A stretch of DNA of 64,000 nt from Phoronis australis (GCA_002633005.1 NMRA01000017.1:1214737-1278736); one strand, 5' to 3'; positions 1-13,466 are shown, numbered from the stretch's first letter. Notes: generated by a model not told the origin, from the letters alone. Numbers and translations are program-made.

Positions 1-689
1 AGTTAGGACCTGAACAGTGTTCGCAACTCCAATCACACAAAGCGTCATCTACTTAATGTTCTCCAGATAACAGCCACTCAACAACTAGAGATCACTAAAA
101 AATGACAAAATGGGTACATCTCCAACTTAAGATAAAACCCTGCTAGTACATTATTTTAAAACGAGGATATATTACACAGTGGTCTTCATAAGAAATTTTA
201 TACCATGACAGAAATTTTCATTTGATGAACACCACATGGGAGGTACAAATTATGCAATTTTGCAGTCATCAAAACACCTTGGACAAGAAGAGGTATTTTA
301 TCCATGTTTTCAAGTGAGTACGCAAACTAGAGTTACAAGAGTCTTGCTTTTCTGTGACACTTGTGCGCACAACAGTTTTTCTATTTTAGCCAGTAAGTGT
401 CAACACAAGACGAAGACAAACACAAAATCAGTTTCTTTTAGATGCAAAATTAAGGTCATGACAACAAAAACTGAACACATTTACTAAAAAGTGTCTAGTT
501 GTTCCCGCACTTTTTATCAAGAGGATTTTCTGACATTTCTTTAGTAGTATTCAACGCCAATATAGTGTCAATTTAATACTCTAGTACATAGTACTACTGT
601 AGTGACAGTAACTGTAACTAAGTTGCTGATGACTTGGTGAGTAGCACAATGCACAAGTGTACACTTAAATTTCTCTTTCCGGTGTCATC

Positions 690-1035
690 TCCTTAGCGGT
701 CGACTTGAAATGACCCGCCATTCTGCTCTGCTCTTTGCCTTTCTGATACATTCTTGCAGTGATAGATTCGTCCAGTCCTTGATGTCATCCATCCACATTC
801 TGCGTTGTCTACCTCTTGTTGTCACCCTTCTGTTTTTCCTTCCACTATGTTCTTGCAGATGGTGTCATGCCTTTCAATGTGACCAAAGTATTTCAGTTTT
901 CTTGTTTGGATTGTATTTAGGAGTGATGGTTTAATGTTGAGCAAGTTACAAACATCTTTGTTGGTCTTCCTTTCTGTCCAGCTGATTCTTGCCATCCATC
1001 TAAATGTCCACATTTCAAAGGCCCCTAATTTCACC
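690..1035 (-). mobile_element. LINE (RTE-like) reverse transcriptase C-terminal/3' fragment, degenerate
   Basis: The minus-strand translation reads AFEMWTFRWMARISWTERKTN...IQTRKLKYFGHIERH...IVEGKTEG. After a frameshift it continues RGRQRRMWMDDIKDWT. This is the typical C-terminal motif series of RTE-clade LINE ORF2. Confidence 0.8.
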
Positions 1036-2155
1036 AATTTTAGATAAAAAAATAACTCAATTGCTTTTTTACCATTTTTCAACACATTCGTAAATACAAC
1101 ATTTTTTTCAAGATATTGTCTGAGGGTAGCTGTGGTACAAAACTTGAACATGGAAAAGCATTTAATTTGATGCTGAACCTGTTTCATGAAAAAATTATAA
1201 AATTTTATTTATAGTCCTATTGCGTCATCAATTGGTGATATTTAAGTACCAGTAAATGTACTTTTTGCCTACAAGCTGGGAGTTGGCCAAGGGCACAAAA
1301 GGTTTTCGTGCCCATCAAGCACGGAGCTGGCTGGGGACACAAAAAAATTTCATGCCCATAAGGCTAGTTAGCTGGGGAAACAACTGTTTGACTATGGAAA
1401 TGAATCATTGTTTGTACCCAAACTGTAGGGTTGGCTGGACTGAGATAAGAAAACTTGTTTGATAGAAGACATGTCGACTTGGCTATCGGAGGGCAAAGTG
1501 GGTGTGACCATGCATTAAACCCAGCATTCTGTCAAAAATCAGATTTTGATTTGGGCCATTTACCGTTATAAAATTGGTCTCAAATTGTTCCTTACGAAAA
1601 CTGAGTGTGGCTTCTGGACTTGATAAGAACTGACATTTTCTTACATTTTCAAACCAAGCTCGTGAAATTTCAGGTCACGCTGTTTGGTCTGAACTAATAT
1701 TTGTCAGTTCTTCCCAAGTCTACAGAGCACTTCAAATTTGAATATGGAACAAGACAACATACATGATGACGGTAAGTGGAGTGAATGAAAATTTAGGAAG
1801 TGCACTTTCAACAAATTCTTTATTAGGAATACAGGTACACAATGGACAACATATCATGTGAAAGATACCAAAACAGGCCAAAAGAAATGCACACAACTGA
1901 AAGTCATAAAGAAGTGCCAGATGATCACGCAGAGTTCACTATGCAAGAAGAAGTTTGACCCCAGACGTTATATTAACTCGAGTTTATATGAACTTACTAA
2001 CACATAATTAATAACCATTTGGATAAGAAATCAGTAACAGAAGTTCGACATCCTCAGTCAACACCACTCCGTGGTTGTCTTTAGAATTTGACACACTCTT
2101 AGAGGTATTAGACCCTACCTTCCGAGAAAGGGCAAATTGAGGTATTTTAGTTCCT

Positions 2156-2290
2156 GTGCATTACCTCATTTTGTATTGTACTGTGTGGTCTGGTTGCACA
2201 ACCAATTTGGTTAATAAGCTTTTAATGATGCAAAAACAGGCTGACAGAATCATCCTAGGTGTCAGATCAGAAACCGTTGACTGGATTCAT
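2156..2290 (+). mobile_element. LINE (CR1/L2-like) RT C-terminal fragment
   Basis: The translation LYCTVWSGCTTNLVNKLLMMQKQADRIILG resembles the YC..VW..C......KL...QK.A.RII motif of CR1/L2-group ORF2. The segment is short and isolated. Confidence 0.55.
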
Positions 2291-2362
2291 TTGAAACTTC
2301 CAGATACTTGCTTTATACACTGTTCTCCAAAGCTGTTAAACGGATACCAAACCCGGTTTTTG

Positions 2363-2550
2363 ATCCCACAATCAATTTTTTTTTCGAACAGTCTTTTGTT
2401 CATGTGCCCAAATCGACAACTGGTCCTTTTTACACTGCTCGCACTAAGGGATATGACATCATGTGCCCTGGCGCGATAGGAGTAAAAATGGCCAGTCGCC
2501 GATTTGGGCAACTGAATGAAGGACTGTTCAAAAAAAATTTGATTGCGGAG
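2363..2550. repeat. Imperfect ~70-bp-arm inverted repeat (MITE-like foldback)
   Basis: The left arm caatcaattttttttt-cgaacagtcttttgttcatgtgcccaaatcgacaactggtccttttt is mirrored by aaaaatggccagtcgccgatttgggcaactgaatgaaggactgttcaaaaaaaatttgattg. Confidence 0.7.
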
Positions 2551-2711
2551 GTATTTGTTCAAGCTGGGAAGAGTAAAAGACATCAACGGCCTCCTAAAGA
2601 ATCTGACAAAGCGCAAAAGGTACTTATAGCAAAATGATAGTTTAATCAAGGTGAGGCATAATTCCACGAAAAGCTTCTGGTGTATGGAGGATCTATTGCG
2701 CAGGATGGCCA

Positions 2712-3075
2712 CCAGGGCCCACGCTAATATCCGAGGGGAAAGGTGCCTGTGCCTTCTGAGAGTGGAATTTTTTTTGGGGTGAGGAGAAAATTCTACCTCT
2801 CAATCACCATCAATAGTAACCCCACACGGTTGCAAACCCTCACATGCTCTGACTCAATTAAGTAGCCAAACCTAACACTTTGTGCTTTTTCCGGCAAACT
2901 GTGACCAGTGTGTTGAGTCTCAAGTGATTTGACCTCAAGAATGTTTCAATCACTTGAGGGGAATTTATGAGATTGATGAGGGGAGTTTTGCGTGACTTTT
3001 CAGAGAGATGGGACGGATATTTGGCCCCAAAATCGAGGGATTGAGGGCCCTGGTCACCATCAAACTGGGCCCTGG
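2712..3075. mobile_element. Candidate non-autonomous TIR element with 5-bp TSD
   Basis: The ends ccagggccc...gggccctgg are flanked by ggcca on both sides (2707-2711 and 3076-3080). The TIR is short. Confidence 0.5.
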
Positions 3076-3947
3076 GGCCAGTTGAGATGGTGGTAATGTC
3101 TAAATTCAACATAATTTGGATGAAATGAGCTTGGTGACCCTAAAAGTAGTTTGCAGACCCTTGCATGAATTTCTGTCATGCAAAATAAGACACTAGACCC
3201 CATCATTATTGTATCAATCCTGACCTTCCTTCCGCTCCTACATACTAGTTACTACGCATTTGTGGTGCGCGACACAACTGACAGAAATTGCCACCAGAGA
3301 CAGTGTGGTGATTTGTGCTGTTTATCTCCCCTGATATGCCAACAAGACAACATTCAGCGTCAAAATTTGATAAATTAAGCATGAAACTATGGAAAGTTCG
3401 CAATCAGATTCATCTGTTTTTATAATGTAGAATATTCAGATCCAGAGAAACGATGGGGACCAGTCTAATTTGATTCAAAAGTCAACAAATAGGTTGGCCC
3501 ACGTTTCATTTGAATACTCTTTTCGTCCTTTTCATCTCCTCTCGTCCGACTATAACCGGGTATTTTCAAAACGAATTTTCAAAATAATATGACCCTCAAA
3601 TTTTCAACTTAACGATATTTCAACTTACCCAAGGCTAAAGTAACCAGAATCAACTGTATGAGCATAGAAACCCATGTTAGTAACGTCAGAAACCACATTT
3701 TGTGGCCCACAATCGGGAAGAATAACTACCAAAACTACTATTTGAACACCACACATGCATAATAAAGTATCGAATTCTTATTCTCAAGTTTAAAAAGTGG
3801 ATTAAATTTTAAAAAGTTACATGTTATAAAACAGTATTACTTAAAGCAAAATAATAAATTTAAATTATATAATACTATTGTTTTGGTGGGTCACAGGAAG
3901 AGTTATTGCTATATGTACTTTACAATTAGAAATATATATCAGGATAA

Positions 3948-4020
3948 GATCTCGTGGTGTAGTGGCTATCACATCTGCCTAACACGCAGAAGGTCCCCGG
4001 TTCGAAACCGGGCGAGATCA
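3948..4020 (+). tRNA. tRNA-Val (anticodon AAC)
   Basis: Full cloverleaf: acceptor stem GATCTCG/CGAGATC with discriminator A, D-arm GTGT-AGTGGCTATC-ACAT, anticodon arm TCTGC-CTAACAC-GCAGA, T-arm CCCGG-TTCGAAA-CCGGG. An oligo-T Pol III terminator follows at 4022-4026. Confidence 0.95.
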
Positions 4021-7002
4021 ATTTTTCTTTTCCTTTTTAAGTTTTTTCGTTTCGTGGCTTTTTGCGTTCTGTTTTGTTTTGTATTGCTTTTTTGTGTATC
4101 CTTGTAGCGGTCCAAAAATGTTGTAGCAACTGTTATTGTTAATATATCTCCGCTTACAGCACTTTTACATCCCCACGACAATATACACTATAAAAATGTA
4201 AATGTAAATCGTATTTGTTCAAGAGAAAGAAAAGAAATAATCATGTGCGGTCAGTACTCAGTGTATGAATTAAGCAGCGACGCGATACTATAAACGAGCA
4301 TTGTTTGCTAGTAAAAGAAGATTATTATTTGCCTTGAATCTAGTGGAACGGCTCCGAGACTCGACGGGTATCATAATTTAAGTGTTGCTTTCAGTGAAAG
4401 TATCGGTTGCCGACGAGAAGCTCTACAGTAATTAATTGAAAAATATGTATTGTATAACCAACGAACCTCATTTTTTACTAAAAGTAACATGAAAAAGGTT
4501 GCCTTCGCCTTTAAGTCTACTGTGGAAGCAGCTGAAAAATACGAATAGGAATAAACAATATAGTATGTGTTTGATAGCTGTAATGATTTTGCTGCATTTT
4601 CTTTTAGTATTGGGCCATTATACCAGGCAGGTGTTGGATACCGTGATGCGATAACGTGATGAACTGTGGAGACTGCCACCAAATACTGGTAAGTGTAAAG
4701 TTGTAAATCCAATTGTTTTTAGCTTCAGTTTGGTGGAGGTTATATTTCGAGCTGTGCCTCAATCAAAAATTTGAAAAATAACTCAGAAGTTATTTCTTTT
4801 GTTTGTGATTGCCTAGCGTTGTATATTATTGTGCTGCCGGATTTAGGGGAGGTGGGACCATAGACTATAGAATGTGGACCACCAAGTCTGTATATTTTCA
4901 ATGGACAAAATCTGTGGTCTTACGCATATGCTGTGATATCATTTATTCACTGGCGACACCTGGCAGACAAGGCATGCTTTACTTCCCGCAAGTACATTGT
5001 TTCTTAATCACGGTCATTGTGTCGGGATTTGGATCGGCGATTTTGTCCAACTCACATCCGGGTTTAAATAAATTGAACGCTCGTAAGTGAAGCTCATATT
5101 AATACTCCAGAAATAACCTCCATTCCTACTCAAGAGCCAGTAACGGACTTCAGCAGCAGTTTACATACTCTGTGAGACATTTCATTTTAATGTTATTTCC
5201 AACCTGATTCACAAAAAATGGAAAACGACTCGATGGATTTCGCTGAAACTTTCCAAACTTAATATTTAGTCATCAATCTCGAAAACACTGTTAGGATTTT
5301 TTTTGATATAAAGGCCTAGTTTTTGCTTAATGTGACAAAGACGAATACGACTTCAACTTTTTACCAAAATACCTTACATGTTGCGAGTTGATTTGTCATA
5401 GAAACCAAATGAACAGACTAATTGAAAATTCCTTACAGTGTTTTTGAGGTAACTGGTGAAGTTTTCATTTAAAAAAGGTTTTATTAAAATCAACCGAGGG
5501 GTTCTTTTGCTATGAATGGACCTTTCTCAAAAATGAAATTTTGACTTAAAAAAAGGTTTTTACGTAAAAATAATTATGGCACATAAATATAAAAAGTATA
5601 TTTATATTTCCTGGTCTTTGTTTTTTCAGAAAATATATATTTTTACCACAAGAGAACGGCAAGTATAAGATCAGGCAATGCCTCATTTGGTGGGAAAATA
5701 CTGGAAATTTCAGTCAACGACGTTCGGAAGGGTGCATGGTCATTGAAAAACAGCACTTCCCCTTCTTTAAGTCTCATTTTGCCAAGTAGTGTTCCTCGGT
5801 TGTATTCACAAAAGCCGTCACTGATCAACAATCCAAGTTGAATGTATGCGTACAGGATAACCGCGACACAGCATGGTCACGACGGGTATCCGCCCTTGTG
5901 TGAAAGTAGCACAGTCCCAGCCGATTACTCAGGTAAAAGAGTAGGTCATGGTGCACAAAATTTCCACAAGGCCATGGTCCATTTGAATGACAAATTTGAG
6001 ATTTTCCACTGCCGAGTTGCGACAGACTTAAGTACTCGGTGCATGGAAGCTGCATATCGGATAATGGCGATCGAAATATATGCAAACCTCTGTTATATAG
6101 CAACATTCTTTAATTGGTTAGTGATGGTGGAGTCTTTCATTTCCATTTCCATACTGTTCAGTAGCTCACAACGGAATTCGGACAGTCCTCTTGCCTTCTA
6201 TATTGCCATAACGTGAGAAATATTCTTGAATGGCACAAATCATTTTAATATTGCAACTTCAAAGACCCGGTATTAGATTCTAACTTGAACATTTGTTATG
6301 AAAGCTGAATGCAATTAGAACTATAATTAACAAAAAGTAACTGAGTAATGAGACAATGTACTACCTTAAATGAATTTACCACCCTTGCTCATGACTTTTT
6401 CTCTGAGATTTGCTCTTGTGAAAACTGCTATGGATGCCTACACGCTCCGTAACATGTATGTGTACTTTTGTATTTACATTTATGTTTAGGTTCTGTATAT
6501 TCTCCGTACTGTAGAATTAGCTAGTATTTTAGTTCTGTTCATTTTGTAGATTTTGAATCTGTCGGATAATAGCACTTGTGCTAATGTTTCATTGTTAAGG
6601 TTCACCGACTTATAAATAAAGATTATTACTACTACTACTACTTCACATTGCGCCAAGCGTGTTTTTACAAAAGTTTCGTCACTGGTTGAAAGTTTTAGAC
6701 GCGTTACTCTAGTTTTTCGGCAAAAAAGATCGTTTTTACGGTTCATGTGAGAAAACAAATCCTAAACTGGTCTCAGGTGGGCAAAACCTCTTGGAAACCG
6801 TTCCAAGAACGGTAGGATGCTCTATCTCCAGGCTTAGAACCACTTTCGACAACCTCAAACTACATGCTACTAGGAATTTTTCAACAAGACATTTGGTTTC
6901 TGAGTGTTTGTTCTGCAATTTATAATTGAAAGTTTAGCTCCTGCTAGCGGGTGTGATTACGTGACTTTCGAAAAACTCATACTCGTATTTTAGGTAAAAA
7001 AT

Positions 7003-7069
7003 ATGTGTGCGCGCACGTGCGTGCGTGTGCGTGTGCGTGTGTGTGTGCGTGCAGTGTGCGTATGTGTGT
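7003..7069. repeat. (GT/GC)n compound microsatellite
   Basis: tgtgtgcgcgcacgtgcgtgcgtgtgcgtgtgcgtgtgtgtgtgcgtgcagtgtgcgtatgtgtgt. Confidence 0.9.
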
Positions 7070-8519
7070 TTGCCTCAGGTATGACTGTTTTCAATTGTTT
7101 CTATTATAATTCACTCGTGCAATATTTACCTGATGTCGAGTTACTTTTTTTGGTACTGGGCAGTGAATGTTATCCAGTATTTGACCCGTGTTGAAAAATG
7201 AAGTTCACCTTGTTAAAAACCATACTTTTTGTTGCTGACAGCGCACATTGTACTTGCAAATTGTCCCGCTCTTGGACGACTGTGACTGTCCCACTTTTTG
7301 ATTTTTCACTGTTCCCGCCATCCCGCCACACCATCAAATTGTCTCGCTTTTTGACGCACGGCGACACTAACATACTATCATACACTACTGTAATTTCCCA
7401 CGTGACATAACACTATTTTCTCGTTCGACTAAAAAGAAATAAACGGGACGTTATGAGTTTTTGAGGCATCCGAAATTGCCCGGTTTCTACTTAATAAAAA
7501 ACCTTGTCCGGCGGGTGCTTTGCGTAACCCGGCGGTCTCCCGTTCGACAACTAAAAAACTTCGTCGCTGTTGGGACGTTTTCAGTTTGTACGTTAGGGCG
7601 AACGTTTCACCCTTGCGTTATAGACCCAGATGCCCCGTTTTGTATCCGGAAGTCCTGCTCACTGAGTTTTAATTTTTATTCGCGTTGCTTTTAAAGATTT
7701 TTCAAGATTGACACCAACGATGCATTATCAGGAGACAGAAGGAGAAGTGGTTACCGTAACCAAAGTCAAAACAGGGTTTGGGCGTTGATTGAAGCAATGA
7801 GTAGATCTGCGCATCGATGCCGCACAGCACTTCATTGTGCAGTTTGAAACGAGCCACCATATCTTCAACTGCAGCCATAACAACCCACAGCGCTAGTGGC
7901 CTGTCACCTGACGTACATGTGACCATTCAAAATGGCAATAGTTCTTGACAAGTTAGCTACTGTTCTTATCGGTAAATTTTTTCAGCAGCTTGCAAAATCT
8001 GGATGGGCAAATCATTTGATACCGAAGAACGAAGGCACACAAAAGATTGAAGACGCATTAAATTTGTTCACAAAGGTGTTCAATTCCATCCAGAAAAAGT
8101 GAGTTGCCACGCAAATACCAATCACTGAATCAGTGGCTCAGTCAGTTAGTCGTTAGTGCCAGTGGCAGTGCATTGCCATTACGCCGTAATGGTATTGCGG
8201 CGTTTTCCAGTTGCTCCCGACTTGTTCGATTCTATAGCCCAACAACAAGTTGGAAAGTTTACCACTGTAGCCAATATCTTACACGACTGATTAACTTTAT
8301 TCTGGGATTCATGGTTGGAGGGCCAGCTCTCTCTTGTTCGATAATTGCCCTAATCTTCAAAAAGATCGTATCTACACTCTACAGACTTACAGTGAATTGG
8401 CTGTGCTCTTAAAATAAAAGTTAAGTTATAACATATTTCAACATAAACCAATAGCATTTCTGAAATCGTCTAATGGTGATCATATTTATAGTTTTTGAAT
8501 CGCCAAAGTCGCCCAACTG

Positions 8520-8855
8520 CAGGGGCAGATCCAGGATTTTGAGACTGAGTTAGGCCAGGGGGAGGGGGGGGGGGGGAGGCAGGCAAAGGAATAACCAGAA
8601 TTTCGGCAGATGTGCGCGCCCAGCCTAAAATGTGGGGATGCAGGGGTCTCGAATTTTTGGGTTTGCGGACGTGTTGACTAAAAAAAACGGTAAACAGGGT
8701 TTTGTTCAGGGCTTAGGCATTGTTTATTCATCCCCGAGCCCCCTGGTTGCGTGCATGTGTTAGCCAGCAATTTTTCACCCGAACTCCCAAATGGTATCTG
8801 GTAGAATTTTATGGGGGGCCATGGCACCCTTGGCCCCTCCCTAAATCAGTCACTG
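8520..8855. mobile_element. Non-autonomous hAT-like MITE with 5-bp TSD
   Basis: Starts CAGGGGCAGATCCAGG and ends CCTAAATCAGTCACTG, a degenerate version of the CAGTGGCGGATCTAG-type TIR. Flanked by aactg on both sides (8515-8519, 8856-8860). Confidence 0.7.
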
Positions 8856-9206
8856 AACTGTAACCGAAGTGACGATAAACTATTCTTTCTGAATGTACCA
8901 ATTCGCTCTGGGCTTGACGGTGTTCACACGTGGTGTGTAATAATTAGCCTGGTAAATAATGGTCTGCGTATAGTCATAAAAGACAAAAGACTTTGCTTGT
9001 CAGTTAACAAAGAAGTTAGATGTTATCACACGCTCAGAACCCCCTTCATCTGGTAAAGTCACTGAACGGGAAAATGCTGTCATGGGGCCTCCGCTCCACC
9101 GTCTCCACAGGCATCACTCCTCAGCTTCTGATCGTCACCAATACACAGTATATATATGTAGTGTATTGGGGACGATCAGAAGCTGAGGACGCTTGTGACC
9201 GTCTTT

Positions 9207-9623
9207 ACTTAGCAGTTGAGATGGTGAAATTCCTGTAGGGCCTTCATACGCCAGAAGGTTTTCGGTGACACTCATTGATCCATCAAAATCAAGTCCCTTT
9301 TGCGCATATAGGGACACCTTAGGAGGTCGTCGATCGTCTTTAATTCCTCCCAACCAGAACACATACTCCTATATGTATAATCAATGGAGCAGTCCTTTGT
9401 TCAGTTTCCCAAGTCGTAAACCAGTTATTTTTACACTGTGTGTGCAAGGGGATATGACAGGAATATGTGTTGGAATGAATGGCTTCCTATGTTGCCCTCT
9501 ATGACTATATGCCAAAGGTACTAACGTGACTTTGATGGTTTAATCAGTGTGAGGCATAATTCGCTGAAAAGCCTCCTGCGTATGAAGGCCCTATAGGAGC
9601 TTCACCATCTCAACTGCTAAGTA
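9207..9623. repeat. Inverted duplication (~55-bp arms) of a dispersed repeat
   Basis: acttagcagttgagatggtgaaattcctgtagggccttcatacgc (~9207-9251) is mirrored by gcgtatgaaggccctataggagcttcaccatctcaactgctaagt (~9578-9622). The segment 9538-9590 also resembles 2641-2690. Confidence 0.75.
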
Positions 9624-9784
9624 GATACAGTGGCACTGTCTAACACTGACCCTGTCCCTGACGTGGGGCAGGGTGGTCTAGGGGCTGGCCTGAGTGATTG
9701 ACTGACAGAAGACTGTTACAATTTCAGCTTCAATCAAATATCTTGCATCTTGAAAAAGACATACTTCTAGTGATCAGATGCCAA

Positions 9785-10465
9785 CTACAATGGCTGATAA
9801 ACCGTGCATTTCTCGGGACATAGAAAATTTTTCGAAATTCTCAGTGGCCATCCTGAAGACTGACCTGGCTGTGCACTGCATCGCGAGGCGACTGACCTGG
9901 CTGTGCACTGCATCGTGAGGCGACTGACCAAACAGGAGCTTGCCACCCCAGCTAGCTTACGCTATATTCAAGTTCAATTTTGGGATGTTTGCTTGTGGAG
10001 GTCGTCTTAATGCCCATGGCCGACCTAGAACATGTACCTGTGGCCCCACTCGGCTGGCCTGCCTTTTGCAGAACTGAACCAGTAACAATGGCGGATAAAT
10101 GGTGCTTTGCTCAGGACTTCAGAAAATTTCAAGTGGCACAAGATGTCTTTTTGGAGCTGGTAATAATGGCCGATAAACGGTGCTTTCTCGGGACATAGAA
10201 AATTTTTAGTGACCCAGCTCCAGTTTGCGCAAGATGTCCTTCTGAAACAGGTAACAATGGCTGATAACAGTTCATTTCTCGGGACTCAGAAAATTTTTTA
10301 AGCACTGTTTATCGGCCATTATTACCGGTTTCAGAAATGGACTCTTGAAAATTTTTCTTTTAAGTCCTGAGAAATGCACCTTTTATCTGCCATTGTTGCC
10401 GCCTTCAGAAATGAGTCTTTGAAAAAAGTTTCAAGTCCGGAGAAGTGCGCCGTTTATTGGGCATT
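9785..10465. repeat. Degenerate repeat array that switches orientation; contains a 32-bp tandem duplication at 9858-9929
   Basis: The unit core aatggc(t/c)gataaac.gtgc.tttctcgggacatagaaaatttt occurs forward near 9788, 10086, 10164 and 10254, and reversed near 10301, 10350 and 10425. Confidence 0.75.
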
Positions 10466-12998
10466 TGTGTCAATTGCACGAATACAATCCGAAGCTGAAA
10501 TTAGCGCAAGCTGCAAGGTGTAGCCGCAAGCTCCTTGCTGTGTCGCTATGAGGTCTGAGCCATTCTTGGCTGACAACGTGTCTTGTGGAAAGCACCTCAG
10601 GCATTACTTGGCTAGGTGTGCACTTAGACACACAAGCCTCAAGAAATAAATTACCACAAACCCCTAGTTGCAGTTTTTTAAATTACAAAAATGTACCGTT
10701 TACCATACAATTTTTTGGTTTGTGCATTCTATCCTATATCGTGCCATATGTCACGTGGTGCGCCTGACCAGTTCTATCCACATTCCACGGGGTCTCACTA
10801 GGGGACTATCCATCAATCAATAGAGTGACTATTCACTAGATCAACTAGTGGAGGTATAGTTATTTCTCTAACAGTTCATACACTCTAATAGTCTGTACAT
10901 CTCCCTTGTTTCTTATCAGATCATATCTAAATAGAAGACTCAATTTTTCATTTTCTTTCTGGGACATGAAAACTGACAGAAACCAAACATGTGAATAGAA
11001 GTTAGAGTAAAAATTAGGCTACGTTGTGTGGGTTCTTGAATTTTCAAAATTGGTCAAGTAATAGCGAGTTTGTCAACAGAAACCCAAGCCTTTAGCTTTG
11101 GAAAGTTGTTTTCAGCATGGCTTATCAGCTAATTACATACTTCACAAACACACAATAGAAGCTGAGTCTGAAATGTGTATCAAACTGGTTATCACTAATA
11201 AGGATTCTTGTTTAAAAGGGAAGGGCCAGGACATGACTGATTAAGAAGTGTTGCAGCAGTAATCCTGCATTTTAGAGGTCTAAGTTACCTGGACTTCAAA
11301 TTCTCATCTAAATCGTTTTTTATCATGCAAATTGATTTGTTTACAAATCTTTGAAGTCCTCTTCAGTAGGTATGTATGGAAATCAGTTAATGTTTTGATG
11401 CTAAATTTATCCGGGTTAATTGGGTTCCACAAGGTTTATACCTATAGCTCAATCTATGACACTGTAAATACAAATTTGCATACAAAATGGTTAGGTGGAT
11501 CATAAGTGTTTCACATTTTGTTTTTCATGTTAAAAACATTGCTATGTGTTGTCTAAATGGAATATTTTAATCCCTATAGTCTTATTATTATGTTAATAGG
11601 GACGTTTTCATAGAAGCCCCCATACAATGGGTCTATTAAAGAGGCATTTGTGATCTCACTTGAATGGAGATTTACTTGAAACCTTGTTGGTGAAGTGTCC
11701 ATTCTAGGATCAGTATTTTCGTGGACATACAGGTTGAAGTGTGGATTTCGATTGAATCTTGCATTCCATCCTGTTTAGGTGACTAAGACAATGAAAATCG
11801 ACTTTAGGCCTTTTACTCTAACAAAAAATGAAGTCTCTTCATATTCCATTCTGTGTTAGCATTCTATTTCTGTTACCAGATTGAGTCACAAGCTGTGGGT
11901 ATATCCGCCATTCTTTGAATTGGCAATGCTAAGTTTGGCCAACCTCAGTAAACTCTTAAGAGTATTTCTCGTGTTGCTATTGGTTTAATTTAGTTGTTGG
12001 TAACGAAAATATATATAATGCCGTCATGTGAAGGAATATCATAGATAAATTTTATTTTCATTTTAAGCATCTATAAACGGGGTGAAGTGCAGCATTAAAA
12101 CAACAATTTATTTTGTTGTAAAAAATTATTACTTTGCTACTAGTGAAAGAAAACTCAATACCGTAAACCTTGCATAAACCAGGTCCAACCGGATGGAGAT
12201 TTTATGGGAGCAGGGCGAAATCTGACTTCAGCATCTGAAGTTCCAAGTGCCAAACTTAGAATAAGAGTACATTGGAATTTTGTCGGAGTAAAGCCAAAAT
12301 GCAAGTTGCGCATACCCGAGTTATGCAAGTTTACTGTACATTCAGACACATCAGTCATTTCTGTGTGCAGTGATGCTGGTGTTTTTATTTACAAAGTTCA
12401 ACTCTCAACATGAGGAAACCGGGCCATTCAGTGCTATCTTGTAATTGGACAATTCTTCTCTACATCAACCGTGAAAATCGCTGTCTAAATCGACTGTGAT
12501 ATAAGCTCCTATTGTGTTACATAAGACAATTATTGCATTAACCTTGTATTCATAGCTGTAAAATACTGGCTGAAATACATTGAAAAGTTAAGGACAGAAA
12601 CTGATAATTTTTTCATGTTTTGGGTTCTGAAATTGAATTCCTGATGAAGAGTTTATGTAGAATCCTTCTTTCGCGGAAGAAATATAACAAAAATTGACCA
12701 AAATGCTGCGTTAGGTTTTTATTTCTTGGCGACGGTTTTAAATTTATGCATGTTTACATTAATGTATTCATTCAGCGTGATAGATAATTGGCATTTGCAT
12801 CAGACAAAAAACTGAGCCTGGTGATTAACGAAAGAAAGTTTGATATCAGGGCCTCTGAAAACTTGGTGTGGTTTGAAATACAGTCTAAAAGGGAACTAGT
12901 TGTAAGAATACTTCACCTTATACATTTTCAGGCCATTTGCTGTTGAAGTGAGATGTAATCGGGACACACAAGCATTCCTCCAGCCTGTTATTTCTAGT

Positions 12999-13466
12999 AT
13001 GACTAACATTCTGTCAACTGTTGATTCCACAATGTCTGTCATTGCCAAGGCATTGGGAAATGCATCAAGTATTGACACCAATCAGCTGTCACACGCTGCA
13101 GTAACTCATTTAATGCCAGTGCTTGCTCGATTGGATAAAGCCCTGGATAGTACAGCGGAAGTGACTGCCTCGACAGTATCGACACTAAATGAAGCAGCGG
13201 CACTTCTCAAGGCCATGAAAGTTTTTGTTCGTTGTCTTACTACTGTGTGTTTTTCAATTTGCATATTATTTGTTTGGTGCAAGCGAGATTCATTACTGAA
13301 CAATATTTCGGACAAAGTAAAGGTGGCAGTTAAGATATTGTTTGTTATGTCACTCGCTGTTTTGTTGGTGTCACCCCTGTGGATATTTGGTGTGCGAATA
13401 GATATGTTGATCCAAAGATTTGCCGGAGATATGATTTCCGCCATCATAGTCTATATAACCAAGTAA
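12999..13466 (+). CDS. Orphan small membrane protein (155 aa from the first ATG; the exon may begin at 12932)
   Basis: Uninterrupted ORF preceded by a good acceptor (tacattttcag| at 12931). It encodes an Ala/Ser/Thr-rich helical region and then two hydrophobic segments (CLTTVCFSICILFVWC; ILFVMSLAVLLVSPLWIFGV) with a hydrophobic C-terminus. I found no upstream coding exon and recognise no family. Confidence 0.5.
   Translation: MTNILSTVDSTMSVIAKALGNASSIDTNQLSHAAVTHLMPVLARLDKALDSTAEVTASTVSTLNEAAALLKAMKVFVRCLTTVCFSICILFVWCKRDSLLNNISDKVKVAVKILFVMSLAVLLVSPLWIFGVRIDMLIQRFAGDMISAIIVYITK

Noticed and set aside
5643-6216. 124-aa ORF and overlapping antisense ORFs
   Set aside because: No family motif or exon chain. 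The region sits among TTAA-ended repeat-like sequence.
7461-8412. Cluster of 70-100 aa ORFs in CpG-richer sequence
   Set aside because: No recognisable motifs or consistent splice structure; probably decayed repeat sequence.
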